This document shows, in pieces, positions 17,468 through 26,002 of a stretch of DNA of 28,091 nucleotides. The notes under the pieces were generated by a model. It saw only the letters and a list, made by a program, of their open reading frames with translations. It searched no databases and was not told the DNA's origin. The DNA lies in the NCBI GenBank assembly GCA_036338695.1, contig JAYZBQ010000034.1, positions 1-28,091 of the forward strand, in the 5' to 3' direction. The position numbers and the translations under genes are program-made. The DNA comes from Myxococcota bacterium. GTDB taxonomy: Bacteria; Myxococcota; UBA4151. Position 1 is the first letter of the stretch. Each line of letters starts with the position of its first letter.

Positions 17468-18606
17468 CTCGCCTCTGATGAGTCCTCGACCGCGCGTAAC
17501 ACGGCGCGGCTGTAGTCGCGAAGGAGCGAGCGCATCTTCGCCTCGACCTCCTTCGGGTCCACCTCACCGAGCCCTTCGAGCGCCTCGGGCAGTCGCGCGT
17601 AGGCGAGCTCCTCATAGGTCCGCTGGTTCTGCTCGACGACATGGCGCAGGCCGCGCCGGACCTCGCTGAGCCGAAAGTCCGCAAGCCCGAGCTCGACCTC
17701 GCCTTCGAGCGCCTCGCGACGGTGCTGATCGACTGGCCGCTGTCCGACGAGCAACGCATCGAGATCGATGGTCTCCGCGGCATCGGCGAGCGACGCCGTG
17801 ACCTGTTGCGGTGAGCCGATATCGACGATGACCGGCAGTTGAGCGCCGAGGTGTGCGCGCTCAAGCCAGGCGGTGCGCGCCCCCGTCGCCACCACCAACG
17901 CGTCGAGCTGCTCGCAGTGCTCCGCGATCGCCTCGAGCGGCAGCGCCCCGCCAACACCCGGGGAGCGATTGTAACGCCGGATCGAGTGCCCGCGCTGAGC
18001 GAAGAGATGGACGCAGCGCTGACCGATCTCGCCCAAACCGACGACCCCGATCCGAGCGTGCTGTCCGCACCGACGACGGACCGCCTCGAGCGCAAGCAGC
18101 TCCACGCCGGCGCTCTCGACGCCATGCGCGCCGCGCCGCTGCAGCTTGCGCACGACCCGACCCGACCACGACCCGAGCACGTTCAAGGTCGAGCAGCTGC
18201 GCTGGGCGGCGCGCGCCGACTCAAAGGCTCGCTGCAGCTGCCCAGCGACCTGACGCTCGCCGAGTACGAACGACTCGAGCCCAGCCGCCACGCGAAACAG
18301 GTGCCTGACGCTGTCTTCCCCTTCAAAGCGGTAGGGCTTCGGCGCCGGGCCATCGAACCCGGCTTGCTGCCAGCAATGCACCATATGCGCTTCGAGCAGC
18401 TGCGCCACCCAAGTGGTCCGCTCGGACGCCACCAGCCACTCCGTTCGGTTGCAGGTCTCGAGCACGACGAGCCCCGAGACGCCGTGACCGCGCAGCGTCG
18501 TCATCAGCGCCTGGCAGGCTGCCTCATCCATCGCCAAGGCGGCGCGATGACGGGTCGCTGCTCGCCGAAAATCGACGCCGACCAGGGCTAAGGGAAGGTG
18601 GTTCAT
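17464..18606 (-). CDS. hemA: Glutamyl-tRNA reductase (diverged)
   Basis: LETCNRTE (catalytic Cys), HLFRVAAGLESFVLGERQVAGQ, GLGEIG, NRS; ATGA-coupled to hemY. Confidence 0.85.
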   Translation of the reverse strand: MNHLPLALVGVDFRRAATRHRAALAMDEAACQALMTTLRGHGVSGLVVLETCNRTEWLVASERTTWVAQLLEAHMVHCWQQAGFDGPAPKPYRFEGEDSVRHLFRVAAGLESFVLGERQVAGQLQRAFESARAAQRSCSTLNVLGSWSGRVVRKLQRRGAHGVESAGVELLALEAVRRRCGQHARIGVVGLGEIGQRCVHLFAQRGHSIRRYNRSPGVGGALPLEAIAEHCEQLDALVVATGARTAWLERAHLGAQLPVIVDIGSPQQVTASLADAAETIDLDALLVGQRPVDQHRREALEGEVELGLADFRLSEVRRGLRHVVEQNQRTYEELAYARLPEALEGLGEVDPKEVEAKMRSLLRDYSRAVLRAVEDSSEAS

Positions 18607-19889
18607 GCGACCTTCCTCTCGGCCTGGCTCCTCAGCACCTGCTCGGCGGCGCGCCGTCCGCTCTGCAGCGCCCCCTCAACGCTGATCCCATGCAGATAAT
18701 TACCGGCGATCTGCAAGCCGGACAACGCGGCGGTGCGCTGCTCGATCACCGGGCGCAGGCGGTCTTGTTCGGCGTCGTAGCGCGGCAGGCCGTCGGGGTA
18801 CGGGGTCATCCAGATATGCTCTGGAGCCGTACGCCAACCGAGCGCACGCTCCACCGCAGCGCACGCTGAGACCGCTGGGTCCGAGCTTGCGCCGACCAGA
18901 CAGGTGAGCAACGCAGCGCCGCGCGGCGCACACGACGGGTCAAGCCGTGAGGCGAACACGCACCCTAGGGTCTCGCCGCCTGCGCTTGGGTGCACGAGGA
19001 AACCGAAGGCGTCAGGCAACTCCTGCTGCCCATAAGCGAGCTGAACGCTCGTCAACGGGCTGGTGCGGATCGCTGCGACCGCCTCGCCGAGCGGCTCATC
19101 GAGCGCTCGAAGCAACGACGCAGCGACCGTCGACGGCAGGGCAAGGATCAGCTGACGCGCCTCCCAGGAGCGCTCGCCATCGTCCACGATCCAGCGCAGG
19201 CCGTCTCGATCGACCGAACGCACGCGCGCGCCCCTCACGACCTCGGACGCTAACCGCTCGGCGTAGCCACGGGCGAGCGCGCCGAGACCGCCGGGCAGCG
19301 AGGCGATGCCCGGCGAGGCGGTCTTCGCCAACGAGCGAATCAGGCCGCCGCGCCGCTCCATCGACCAGATGCGAGGGAAGGCTGTACGCACGGCGAGCTG
19401 TTCAGCCGGCGCTGCGTAGACCCCACGCGCCATCAGCGGCGCTACCAAGCCGCCCGCCTCGGCGCCGAGCCGGCGCTCCATAAACGAGCGCAGCGACTCG
19501 TCGGGGTCGTCCCCTGCGCGCTGCAGAGGTTCCGCCAAGGCTCGCAGCTTGCCCTTAACGCTGAGTAAGCGACTGCGCATCAGGTCACCCGGGCCCGCCA
19601 AGTAGGTTAGCCCCGCCGACGTGAGCACGCCTTTACGCCGCGCAGACCCTGCGCCGACGCGCTGCAGCGGCAGGTCAAAATCACGACAACGCGCCTGGAG
19701 CAAGGCTCCATCAGCGCGTACGGTCGAGGCGCCGAGCTCGGCTCGAAAGCCGCTGCGCAAACGCGTCGAGACGGCGCCGCCTACGCGCTCGGAGGCTTCG
19801 AGCAGGCGCACGCTCAAGCCGTTCGCTTTCAGGGTGAGCGCCGCCTCGAGCCCCGCCACGCCACCACCCACGATGAGCGCGTCGAGCAT
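18603..19889 (-). CDS. hemY: HemY-type protoporphyrinogen/coproporphyrinogen oxidase
   Basis: GGGVAGL FAD motif, LEASERVGG, ESLRSFMERRLG, GVYA, AFPR, FGFLV, LPRY, AGNYLHGISV; TAATG-coupled to hemE. Confidence 0.88.
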   Translation of the reverse strand: MLDALIVGGGVAGLEAALTLKANGLSVRLLEASERVGGAVSTRLRSGFRAELGASTVRADGALLQARCRDFDLPLQRVGAGSARRKGVLTSAGLTYLAGPGDLMRSRLLSVKGKLRALAEPLQRAGDDPDESLRSFMERRLGAEAGGLVAPLMARGVYAAPAEQLAVRTAFPRIWSMERRGGLIRSLAKTASPGIASLPGGLGALARGYAERLASEVVRGARVRSVDRDGLRWIVDDGERSWEARQLILALPSTVAASLLRALDEPLGEAVAAIRTSPLTSVQLAYGQQELPDAFGFLVHPSAGGETLGCVFASRLDPSCAPRGAALLTCLVGASSDPAVSACAAVERALGWRTAPEHIWMTPYPDGLPRYDAEQDRLRPVIEQRTAALSGLQIAGNYLHGISVEGALQSGRRAAEQVLRSQAERKVA

Positions 19890-20935
19890 TAAGCGAGCCC
19901 CTGGACCGAGCGCACGAAGGCGCCGATACCCTCAAGGGGCGTGTTCGGGTGCAGCCCGTGCCCGAGGTTCATGATGTGCGCCATGCGCCCTCCAACCCGC
20001 TGGTGCAGAGCGTGCACCTGGCGACGGATCTCGTCGGTCGGGGCGAAGAGCGTGGCGGGATCCAGATTCCCTTGGATGACATGAGGCGCCGGCAGCGGCG
20101 CACGCGCTGCGAGTGACTCGATGACCCGCTCCACATCCATACGCCAGTCGAGGGCCAGACCGCTTGCGCCCGAGGTGACCGCTGCGTCGAGCAGGTGTGC
20201 GCCGTTGCGAAGAAAAAGCATGATGGTGCCGCCTGCGCTGCGCACACGCTCGATGATCTTTCGGTTGTAGGGCATGGCGAAGCGCTCATAGTCCGCAGCG
20301 CTCAACTCGCCAGCCCAAGTATCAAATAGCTGAACGGCGTCGGCGCCTGCATCAAGCTGCGCGAGCAAGAGCTCGGTGACGGCGTCGGCGAGCCGCTCAA
20401 ACAGCGCCTGCGCCGCGTCGGGCTGACCGAACAAGAACGACTTGAGCTCGGTGAAGGTGCGCGTCGAGCCCCCCTCGATCATGTACGAAGCGAGCGTCAG
20501 CGGCGCGCCGGCGAATCCGAGCAGCGCCACCTCGCCGCTCAGCGCTTCGCGCGTCTGGCGCAGCGCCTCCAGCAGGTAGGCATAGTCTTGCGTCGCGCTT
20601 GGTTGCTTGAGCGCCTCGACGTCCTCGAGTGAGCGCACGACGGGGCCAAGCACCGGCCCCGTGCCTTTGATGAACTCAAGGTCCTGACCCATCGCTGCAG
20701 GAACGATCAGGATATCGCAAAAGATGATCGCCGCATCGAGCCCGAAGCGGCGAATCGGCTGCAAGGTCACCTCCGTGGCCAGCGCAGGGTCGTGCATGAC
20801 CTCAAGGAAGCTGTGCTGTGCTCTGAGCGCACGGTATTCGGGTAGGGTCCGACCCGCTTGACGCATCATCCACACGGGCGGGCGGTCGACGGACTGACCG
20901 CTGAGCACCGCCATCATTCGTTCTCGACCGTTCAC
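19889..20935 (-). CDS. hemE: Uroporphyrinogen decarboxylase
   Basis: GTG 20935 after GAGGAGG; PPVWMMRQAGR, DAAIIFCDIL, GFAGAPLTLASYMIEG, QLFDTWAG, QGNLDP, NLGHG. Confidence 0.96.
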   Translation of the reverse strand: MNGRERMMAVLSGQSVDRPPVWMMRQAGRTLPEYRALRAQHSFLEVMHDPALATEVTLQPIRRFGLDAAIIFCDILIVPAAMGQDLEFIKGTGPVLGPVVRSLEDVEALKQPSATQDYAYLLEALRQTREALSGEVALLGFAGAPLTLASYMIEGGSTRTFTELKSFLFGQPDAAQALFERLADAVTELLLAQLDAGADAVQLFDTWAGELSAADYERFAMPYNRKIIERVRSAGGTIMLFLRNGAHLLDAAVTSGASGLALDWRMDVERVIESLAARAPLPAPHVIQGNLDPATLFAPTDEIRRQVHALHQRVGGRMAHIMNLGHGLHPNTPLEGIGAFVRSVQGLA

Positions 20936-21036
20936 GCCATCCTCCTCGTTGGCGGCTTGTGCCAGGGGCTTGCCGACTTTTGTCATCGGTGCGTCACAGC
21001 TTGCGAAACTTGGCTCCCACCTGCCAAAGACGCCCC

Positions 21037-21465
21037 ATGGACCTCTTACTGATTACGCCAAAGCATCCGCTCTACACCTCCGAGCTGGAGCTGCGCTACC
21101 GCATCCTGCGTGAGCCGATCGGGCACACGCGCGCGGACGTCCGCTTCGCCTTCGAAGATGAGAGCTTACACCTTGTCGCCGTCGCAGAGCTGACCGTCCT
21201 TGGCTGCGTGCTCTTCCACCCGGATAACGCAGGCGGTGGTCGGCTATTTCAGATGGCGGTCCATGCCGCCATGCAGGGTCAAGGCTTAGGGACACAGCTC
21301 GTCCGCCGGCTTGAAGCCGAGCTCTCAGCGCGCGCCATCGAGCGGGTCGCGCTGCATGCGCGCAGCACCGCCGTCGCGTTTTACGAACGCCTCGGGTACC
21401 GCTGCGTCGGCGAACCCTTCATCGAGGTCGGGCTGGATCACCGCATCATGGAGAAGACGCTCTAG
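21037..21465 (+). CDS. GNAT-family N-acetyltransferase (ElaA/YjcF-like)
   Basis: LRYRILREP, QMAV..MQGQGLG (acetyl-CoA motif A), LHAR..AVAFYERLGY, F.EVGLDH. Confidence 0.9.
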   Translation: MDLLLITPKHPLYTSELELRYRILREPIGHTRADVRFAFEDESLHLVAVAELTVLGCVLFHPDNAGGGRLFQMAVHAAMQGQGLGTQLVRRLEAELSARAIERVALHARSTAVAFYERLGYRCVGEPFIEVGLDHRIMEKTL

Positions 21466-22205
21466 GGCAGCATATCCTGCTGACAGGCCTCCGCCTGGTC
21501 GGCGCAGTGCTCCGCCAGACAACCCGGATCGCTCTGGCAGCCGTTCTCGGTGTCGCACGCGATCAGCGCCTGCGCCAACGCAACCGAGGCTTGAGACCCC
21601 TGCGTTGCGCACTGCTCCTGACACGGCGCGTCCGGGCACGCGGTGATGCACATCACCAGATCCTGGCAAGGCATGGTGGCGCCGCCACCCCCGCAGGCTT
21701 GATCGCCCTGACACAAGGGGTCAGCGCAGTCGACGAGCCCATCGCCGTTGTTGTCCTCTCCGTCTTCGCAGTCTTCAGGACCGCGCGGGCAGCTTCCCAC
21801 GCCGTAGCAGTCTTCATCGGCGCAGTCCGTCATCAGGTCGCCGTCATTATCGACCCCGTCATCACAGATCTCGTCGCCCTGAGGCGTCGAGCCACCGTCG
21901 GCTGGCGCCGTCCCGCCGGCATCGACCGATCCGCTCGAGCCCGTGTCCGTGCCCCCTTGCGAGCCGCTGTCAGCAGGCGCTGCGCCCGCATCGACAGCCG
22001 GCCCCGCATCGAGAGGCGGGTTCTTACACTCAAACAAGTTGGCGCATTCGGCGTCGTCGCAGTCGGTCTGCCCGTCCTCGTCGTTGTCGAGGCCATCACC
22101 GCAGATCTCTTCAGCGGAGTTGCCTCCACCGCCGCCATCACCACCACCGCATGCGGCGAACGACACGACCGCACCCAAAAAGACATACACAAAGAGTCGA
22201 CGCAC
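21462..22205 (-). CDS. Cys/Asp-rich lipoprotein with three ExCxDGxDNxxDxxxDCxDxxC repeats and a C-terminal Cys-rich helical domain
   Basis: GTG start; lipobox FAAC; Gly run; repeats EICGDGLDNDEDGQTDCDDAEC, EICDDGVDNDGDLMTDCADEDC and EDCEDGEDNNGDGLVDCADPLC. Confidence 0.8.
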   Translation of the reverse strand: MRRLFVYVFLGAVVSFAACGGGDGGGGGNSAEEICGDGLDNDEDGQTDCDDAECANLFECKNPPLDAGPAVDAGAAPADSGSQGGTDTGSSGSVDAGGTAPADGGSTPQGDEICDDGVDNDGDLMTDCADEDCYGVGSCPRGPEDCEDGEDNNGDGLVDCADPLCQGDQACGGGGATMPCQDLVMCITACPDAPCQEQCATQGSQASVALAQALIACDTENGCQSDPGCLAEHCADQAEACQQDMLP

Positions 22206-22279
22206 GATCCTGCCCCTTGATCAATGGGCGCTTAGGGTAGGCCGCAGCGTCCATTTAGGCAACCAGGGGCGCAGACCTT

Positions 22280-24064
22280 CTACGCTGCGGCGCTCGATTC
22301 TTCCTGCAGGTAGGTCTTCGGCTTGTACCAAATCGCCACCAAGACAAAGAGGATCGCAGTGATCAGCATGGTCCACGTCCAGAACCAGAAGTACGCCGCC
22401 CCCTCGAGCTTGGTCTCGCCACCGACGCTGACCGATGCGCTGAATTCCGTCGTGGGGACGCCGCCGCGCTCACGCTCGACCTGCGCCTTGCCTTTGTCAC
22501 CGAGGAGCTCGATCAAGCGCTTCTCACGCCACGTCAGCGGTTTTTCAACCTGGTCTGTGTTCACCGCCGGGCGAGCGATCGAGACCTTATGGATGATGTC
22601 GTCGGCGGTCATGAAGGTCTTGTCTGGGCCGAGTGACGTGAGCTTGAAGTTGTTGCGGTTGATGAGGCGGTACTGAATCGCCGAACCCCACTCATCCTTT
22701 GCCTCACCGAGCAGCTTCGTGCCCTCGTCGCCGCTTGGGAGCGTCTCGTTGTTGGCGGTGAATGCCGTGCGGATCGACTGGTCGTGCTGATCGAGCGCGC
22801 CCTTGAGCGTCGCGCTGACCGTCTTCTCATCGCCCTTCTCGACCAAGATGAACTTGTTGACGCCCGCAGTGAAATAATTGCCGAGCGAGACCGAGAACAA
22901 GAAGACCGCCATGATCACAGATTTCATGCTGCGCGGCGCCTGCGTGTAGGCAAACTCGAGGCAGGTGATCGAGACCATGACCTCGGAAGCTGTCAGGATC
23001 GCGTAGGCAAAGAGCTGCCAGGCGATCGACGGCGTCTGCCCAGCGTCGACCCAGCCTTGGACCATCGAGACGATGGCAAACCCGGGCACCATGACGAACA
23101 AGCCGATCGAGATCTTGCGCAAGGGCGTCAGCGGGAAGACCTTATCGATCGCCGGATAGATCACGAAGCTAAACAGCGGCACGAGGGTCACGATCATGAT
23201 GGGGTTGATCGCTTGGATCTGCGACGACAGCCAATGGATCCCGAGCCAGTTACGGTCCAAATCTTCGGCTTGCAGCACCCACGACGAGCCCGTCTGGTCG
23301 AACAGCGCCCAGAACACAGCGACGAACAAGAAGATGATGAAGAGCTTGCCGACGGCCATGTAGCCCTCAGTCGAGAAGACCTCTTTGACGAACTCGTTGC
23401 CGCGCGCCGGGATGTGGACGAACACTTTCCGCCCCATCCAGAACACGAGCGTGGCGACCGCCATCAAGACGCCGGGGACACCGAAAGCCCAGTGGGGACC
23501 GTACCACTCGAGCAGCAACGGCGTCGCCAGGGTCGACAGCGCAGCGCCCACGTTAATGGAGATGTAGAACCATCCGAAGACTTTGGTGAGCCAGTGACCG
23601 TTGCTCTCGCCGAACTGATCGCCGACGTGCGCCGAGACGCACGGTTTAATCCCGCCAGAGCCCAGAGCGATGAGGTACAGCCCCGTCAACATCCAGTTCT
23701 CGGCCGACATGCCGGCACTGCCCATCAGCGCCAGCGCCAAGTGCCCCAAGCAATACACGATGGAGAGGGACAAGATGGTCCGGTACTTCCCGAGCAGCCA
23801 GTCCGCCAAGAACGCGCCGAGGATCGGCGTCAGGTACACCCAAAAGGTGAAGTCATGGTACCGCGCGATCGCCTCGGTTTTCGACATCGGCGTCCCCGCC
23901 GTGTCCGAGAGCAAGAAGAGGTACTTGGTCATGAAGATCGTGAGGATCCCCTTCATCCCATAGAAGCTAAACCGCTCGGCGGCTTCGTTGCCGATGATGT
24001 AGGGGATGCCTTTGGGCAGGCTGGTCGTGGCGACAGGCGCTGTCAGGTAGGTCGGTTGACTCAT
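22280..24064 (-). CDS. POT/PTR-family proton-dependent oligopeptide transporter with a large insertion before the last TM helix
   Basis: NEAAERFSFYGM (ExxER), GAFLADWLLGKYRTI, GSGGIKPCV, GDQF, FYISINVGA, FWALFDQTGS, LEFAYTQAP. Confidence 0.93.
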   Translation of the reverse strand: MSQPTYLTAPVATTSLPKGIPYIIGNEAAERFSFYGMKGILTIFMTKYLFLLSDTAGTPMSKTEAIARYHDFTFWVYLTPILGAFLADWLLGKYRTILSLSIVYCLGHLALALMGSAGMSAENWMLTGLYLIALGSGGIKPCVSAHVGDQFGESNGHWLTKVFGWFYISINVGAALSTLATPLLLEWYGPHWAFGVPGVLMAVATLVFWMGRKVFVHIPARGNEFVKEVFSTEGYMAVGKLFIIFLFVAVFWALFDQTGSSWVLQAEDLDRNWLGIHWLSSQIQAINPIMIVTLVPLFSFVIYPAIDKVFPLTPLRKISIGLFVMVPGFAIVSMVQGWVDAGQTPSIAWQLFAYAILTASEVMVSITCLEFAYTQAPRSMKSVIMAVFLFSVSLGNYFTAGVNKFILVEKGDEKTVSATLKGALDQHDQSIRTAFTANNETLPSGDEGTKLLGEAKDEWGSAIQYRLINRNNFKLTSLGPDKTFMTADDIIHKVSIARPAVNTDQVEKPLTWREKRLIELLGDKGKAQVERERGGVPTTEFSASVSVGGETKLEGAAYFWFWTWTMLITAILFVLVAIWYKPKTYLQEESSAAA

Positions 24065-24221
24065 CGAGGGGCCCTCTCATGACGATACAGGATGCTCGGC
24101 GCTCTACCGGCTGATGCTCAGATTCGCCAGCACTGATCGAGCGGACTGCCTGGATCCCGCCATAGGTCGTTGGCAACGGCGCTTGAAGCGCGCTAAGCTA
24201 CCGCCACCAAACGAGGTCACT

Positions 24222-25931
24222 ATGATGAAGTTCTCTCCCGCCCTCGCGCTCGCTGCGCTTACTGCATGCAGCGTCAACGCGCCACAAGGTCCCAGCCCGC
24301 TGCTCCCTGACGCCGGTCCCGCAGCCGACGCGGGAGTCGACGCCGGCACCGCCGACGCCGGCACAACCCCTTCCGTCTGCGGTGACGACCTTTTTGAACC
24401 CAACGACACGCTGGAGGCGGCTGCTTCGCTCGAAGAGGCTCAAGACACCGACCTGGCAGCCTGCCCCGGAAACGAGGACTGGTACTGGATCAACATTGGC
24501 GAGGACCGCAACACCCGCATCATGCTCGCCCACGACGGCGAAGGCGACATCGACCTGCAGGTCCTGAATCTTGAGGGTGCGTTCGCCGCCTCGGTGGAGC
24601 GAAACGGGCGCACCATCATCACGGAGCCGATCAACGACGAAGGCAAACTCCTTGTGCTGGTCACCAACCCGTCTCGGCGTGCTGCCCAGTACACGCTCAG
24701 CATCGAAGCCGAAGCGCCGAGCTGCGAGAGCGATCGCTACGAGAACAACAACAGCGCCCAAGGAGCCGAGCGGATCACCGGGGGCGAGCATCCCGATCTG
24801 ACCTTCTGCGGTGACGTCGACTACTACCGCTTCTCGGCGCCAGCAGACAGCTTGATCCTGGCAGAGCTCCGTACCGAGCTTGGCTCGCCCGGTAACACAG
24901 GGCTCCGGTTCGAGCTGCTCGATGACAGCGGCGACCGCGTCGTCGCAACGGGCGAGCGCTTTGAGGACATGCTGCTCCTCGAGCACAGCAGCGAGCGCGA
25001 GAGCGTCTACTTTATCAAAATCAGCGGACCCGAGACGCTCAACATCGGCTACGACCTGTACCTCGAGCGAGCGGTCGAGGGGAACAACACCTGCGAGCAA
25101 GCCGAGCGGATCGAGCTGCGCCGTAACGAGGAGATCGAGGTCGAAGGCGCCACGCGCGGGATGGACAACAACTTCGTGCCCGAGTGCGGTCACCGAGACA
25201 ACGAGCCGCGCAGCGCCGCCGCCGATGTGGTGTACGCGCTCGTCGTGCCCGAAGGCGGTGGGACCTTGGTCGCTGAGCTGCGCTCGCGCACGGACGGTTA
25301 CGACCCTGTCCTGCACATCCGCAGCGCCTGTGACGACGCCAGCACCGAGATGAACTGCAACGATGACCACCGGGGCGGCGAGGACATGAGGCGCACCGAT
25401 GCGCGCCTCGAAGAGGGCCTCGAAGAGGGGGTCTACTATCTGATCGCCGATGGCTTCCGAACGACCAGCGGGGAGTTCGAGCTGAGCGTGCGGCTCAACT
25501 ACGAAGAGCCCGACCCGGGCCCCAGCTGCGAGACGGCGCAGGAGGTCGAGGTGCCGCGCAACGGGCGATTGGTCCTTCCGGTCGAAAACGACAATGCACG
25601 GCGGCAGTATGCTCCGCAGACCTGCGCAGAGCGCTCGGGAGAACAGGGGCGTGAGCGCGCCTTTGCGTTCACGCTCGACCGCCCGGCGGTCCTTGACGCC
25701 TACACCGGTTTCTCTGACCGCGGCGAAAGCTACGACACGGTCTTGTACCTGCTGCGCGGCTGCGGCGGGAACGACGAGATCGCCTGCCATGACGACATCG
25801 GACGCGACAACAAGCTCAGCCGCCTCAGCGAGGTCGAGCTCGAAGCGGGGACGTACACGATCGTCGCTGACGGGTTCTATGAGCGCAGCGTCGGCGCCGT
25901 GAGCCTGGTCATGGAGCTCAGCGACCCGTAA
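24222..25931 (+). CDS. Lipoprotein with four PPC-like beta-sandwich modules
   Basis: RBS GAGGT, ATG 24222; lipobox LTAC; DAG linker; DDLFEPNDT..DWY and DRYENNNS..DVDYY modules; two YD(P/T)VL..C..(N/A)C(N/H)DD..G.Y.(L/I)(I/V)ADG modules. Confidence 0.82.
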   Translation: MMKFSPALALAALTACSVNAPQGPSPLLPDAGPAADAGVDAGTADAGTTPSVCGDDLFEPNDTLEAAASLEEAQDTDLAACPGNEDWYWINIGEDRNTRIMLAHDGEGDIDLQVLNLEGAFAASVERNGRTIITEPINDEGKLLVLVTNPSRRAAQYTLSIEAEAPSCESDRYENNNSAQGAERITGGEHPDLTFCGDVDYYRFSAPADSLILAELRTELGSPGNTGLRFELLDDSGDRVVATGERFEDMLLLEHSSERESVYFIKISGPETLNIGYDLYLERAVEGNNTCEQAERIELRRNEEIEVEGATRGMDNNFVPECGHRDNEPRSAAADVVYALVVPEGGGTLVAELRSRTDGYDPVLHIRSACDDASTEMNCNDDHRGGEDMRRTDARLEEGLEEGVYYLIADGFRTTSGEFELSVRLNYEEPDPGPSCETAQEVEVPRNGRLVLPVENDNARRQYAPQTCAERSGEQGRERAFAFTLDRPAVLDAYTGFSDRGESYDTVLYLLRGCGGNDEIACHDDIGRDNKLSRLSEVELEAGTYTIVADGFYERSVGAVSLVMELSDP

Positions 25932-26002
25932 ATCTTTGGCTCAAAAGTGGCGTTAGACCCCTTGAGCGGCTACCGTGAGGTTCGCCGATCAGGGAGGTCT
26001 TC

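Noticed and set aside
1708..20935. A dedicated iron-cofactor island (alkB, suf, hem)
   Set aside because: The genes are separated by unrelated loci, and I found no Fur-like box or second full Rrf2 palindrome near hem or alkB; proximity is probably incidental.
22401..22850. Separate gspG gene or T2SS locus
   Set aside because: The motif is in frame inside the transporter, has no prepilin GFTLxE cleavage signal, and no other T2SS genes are in the window.
24065..24221. Sigma54 promoters in intergenic regions (e.g. TTGGCAAC..CTTGA near 24170; also near 3970 and 16135)
   Set aside because: None satisfies the required GG-N10-GC spacing.
24198..25790. Long antisense ORFs (530 aa here; also 4174-5139, 6282-7331, 13436-14671, 22784-24082, 26225-27112)
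   Set aside because: Each lies opposite a well-supported gene and has no recognisable motif; long shadow ORFs are expected in GC-rich coding DNA.
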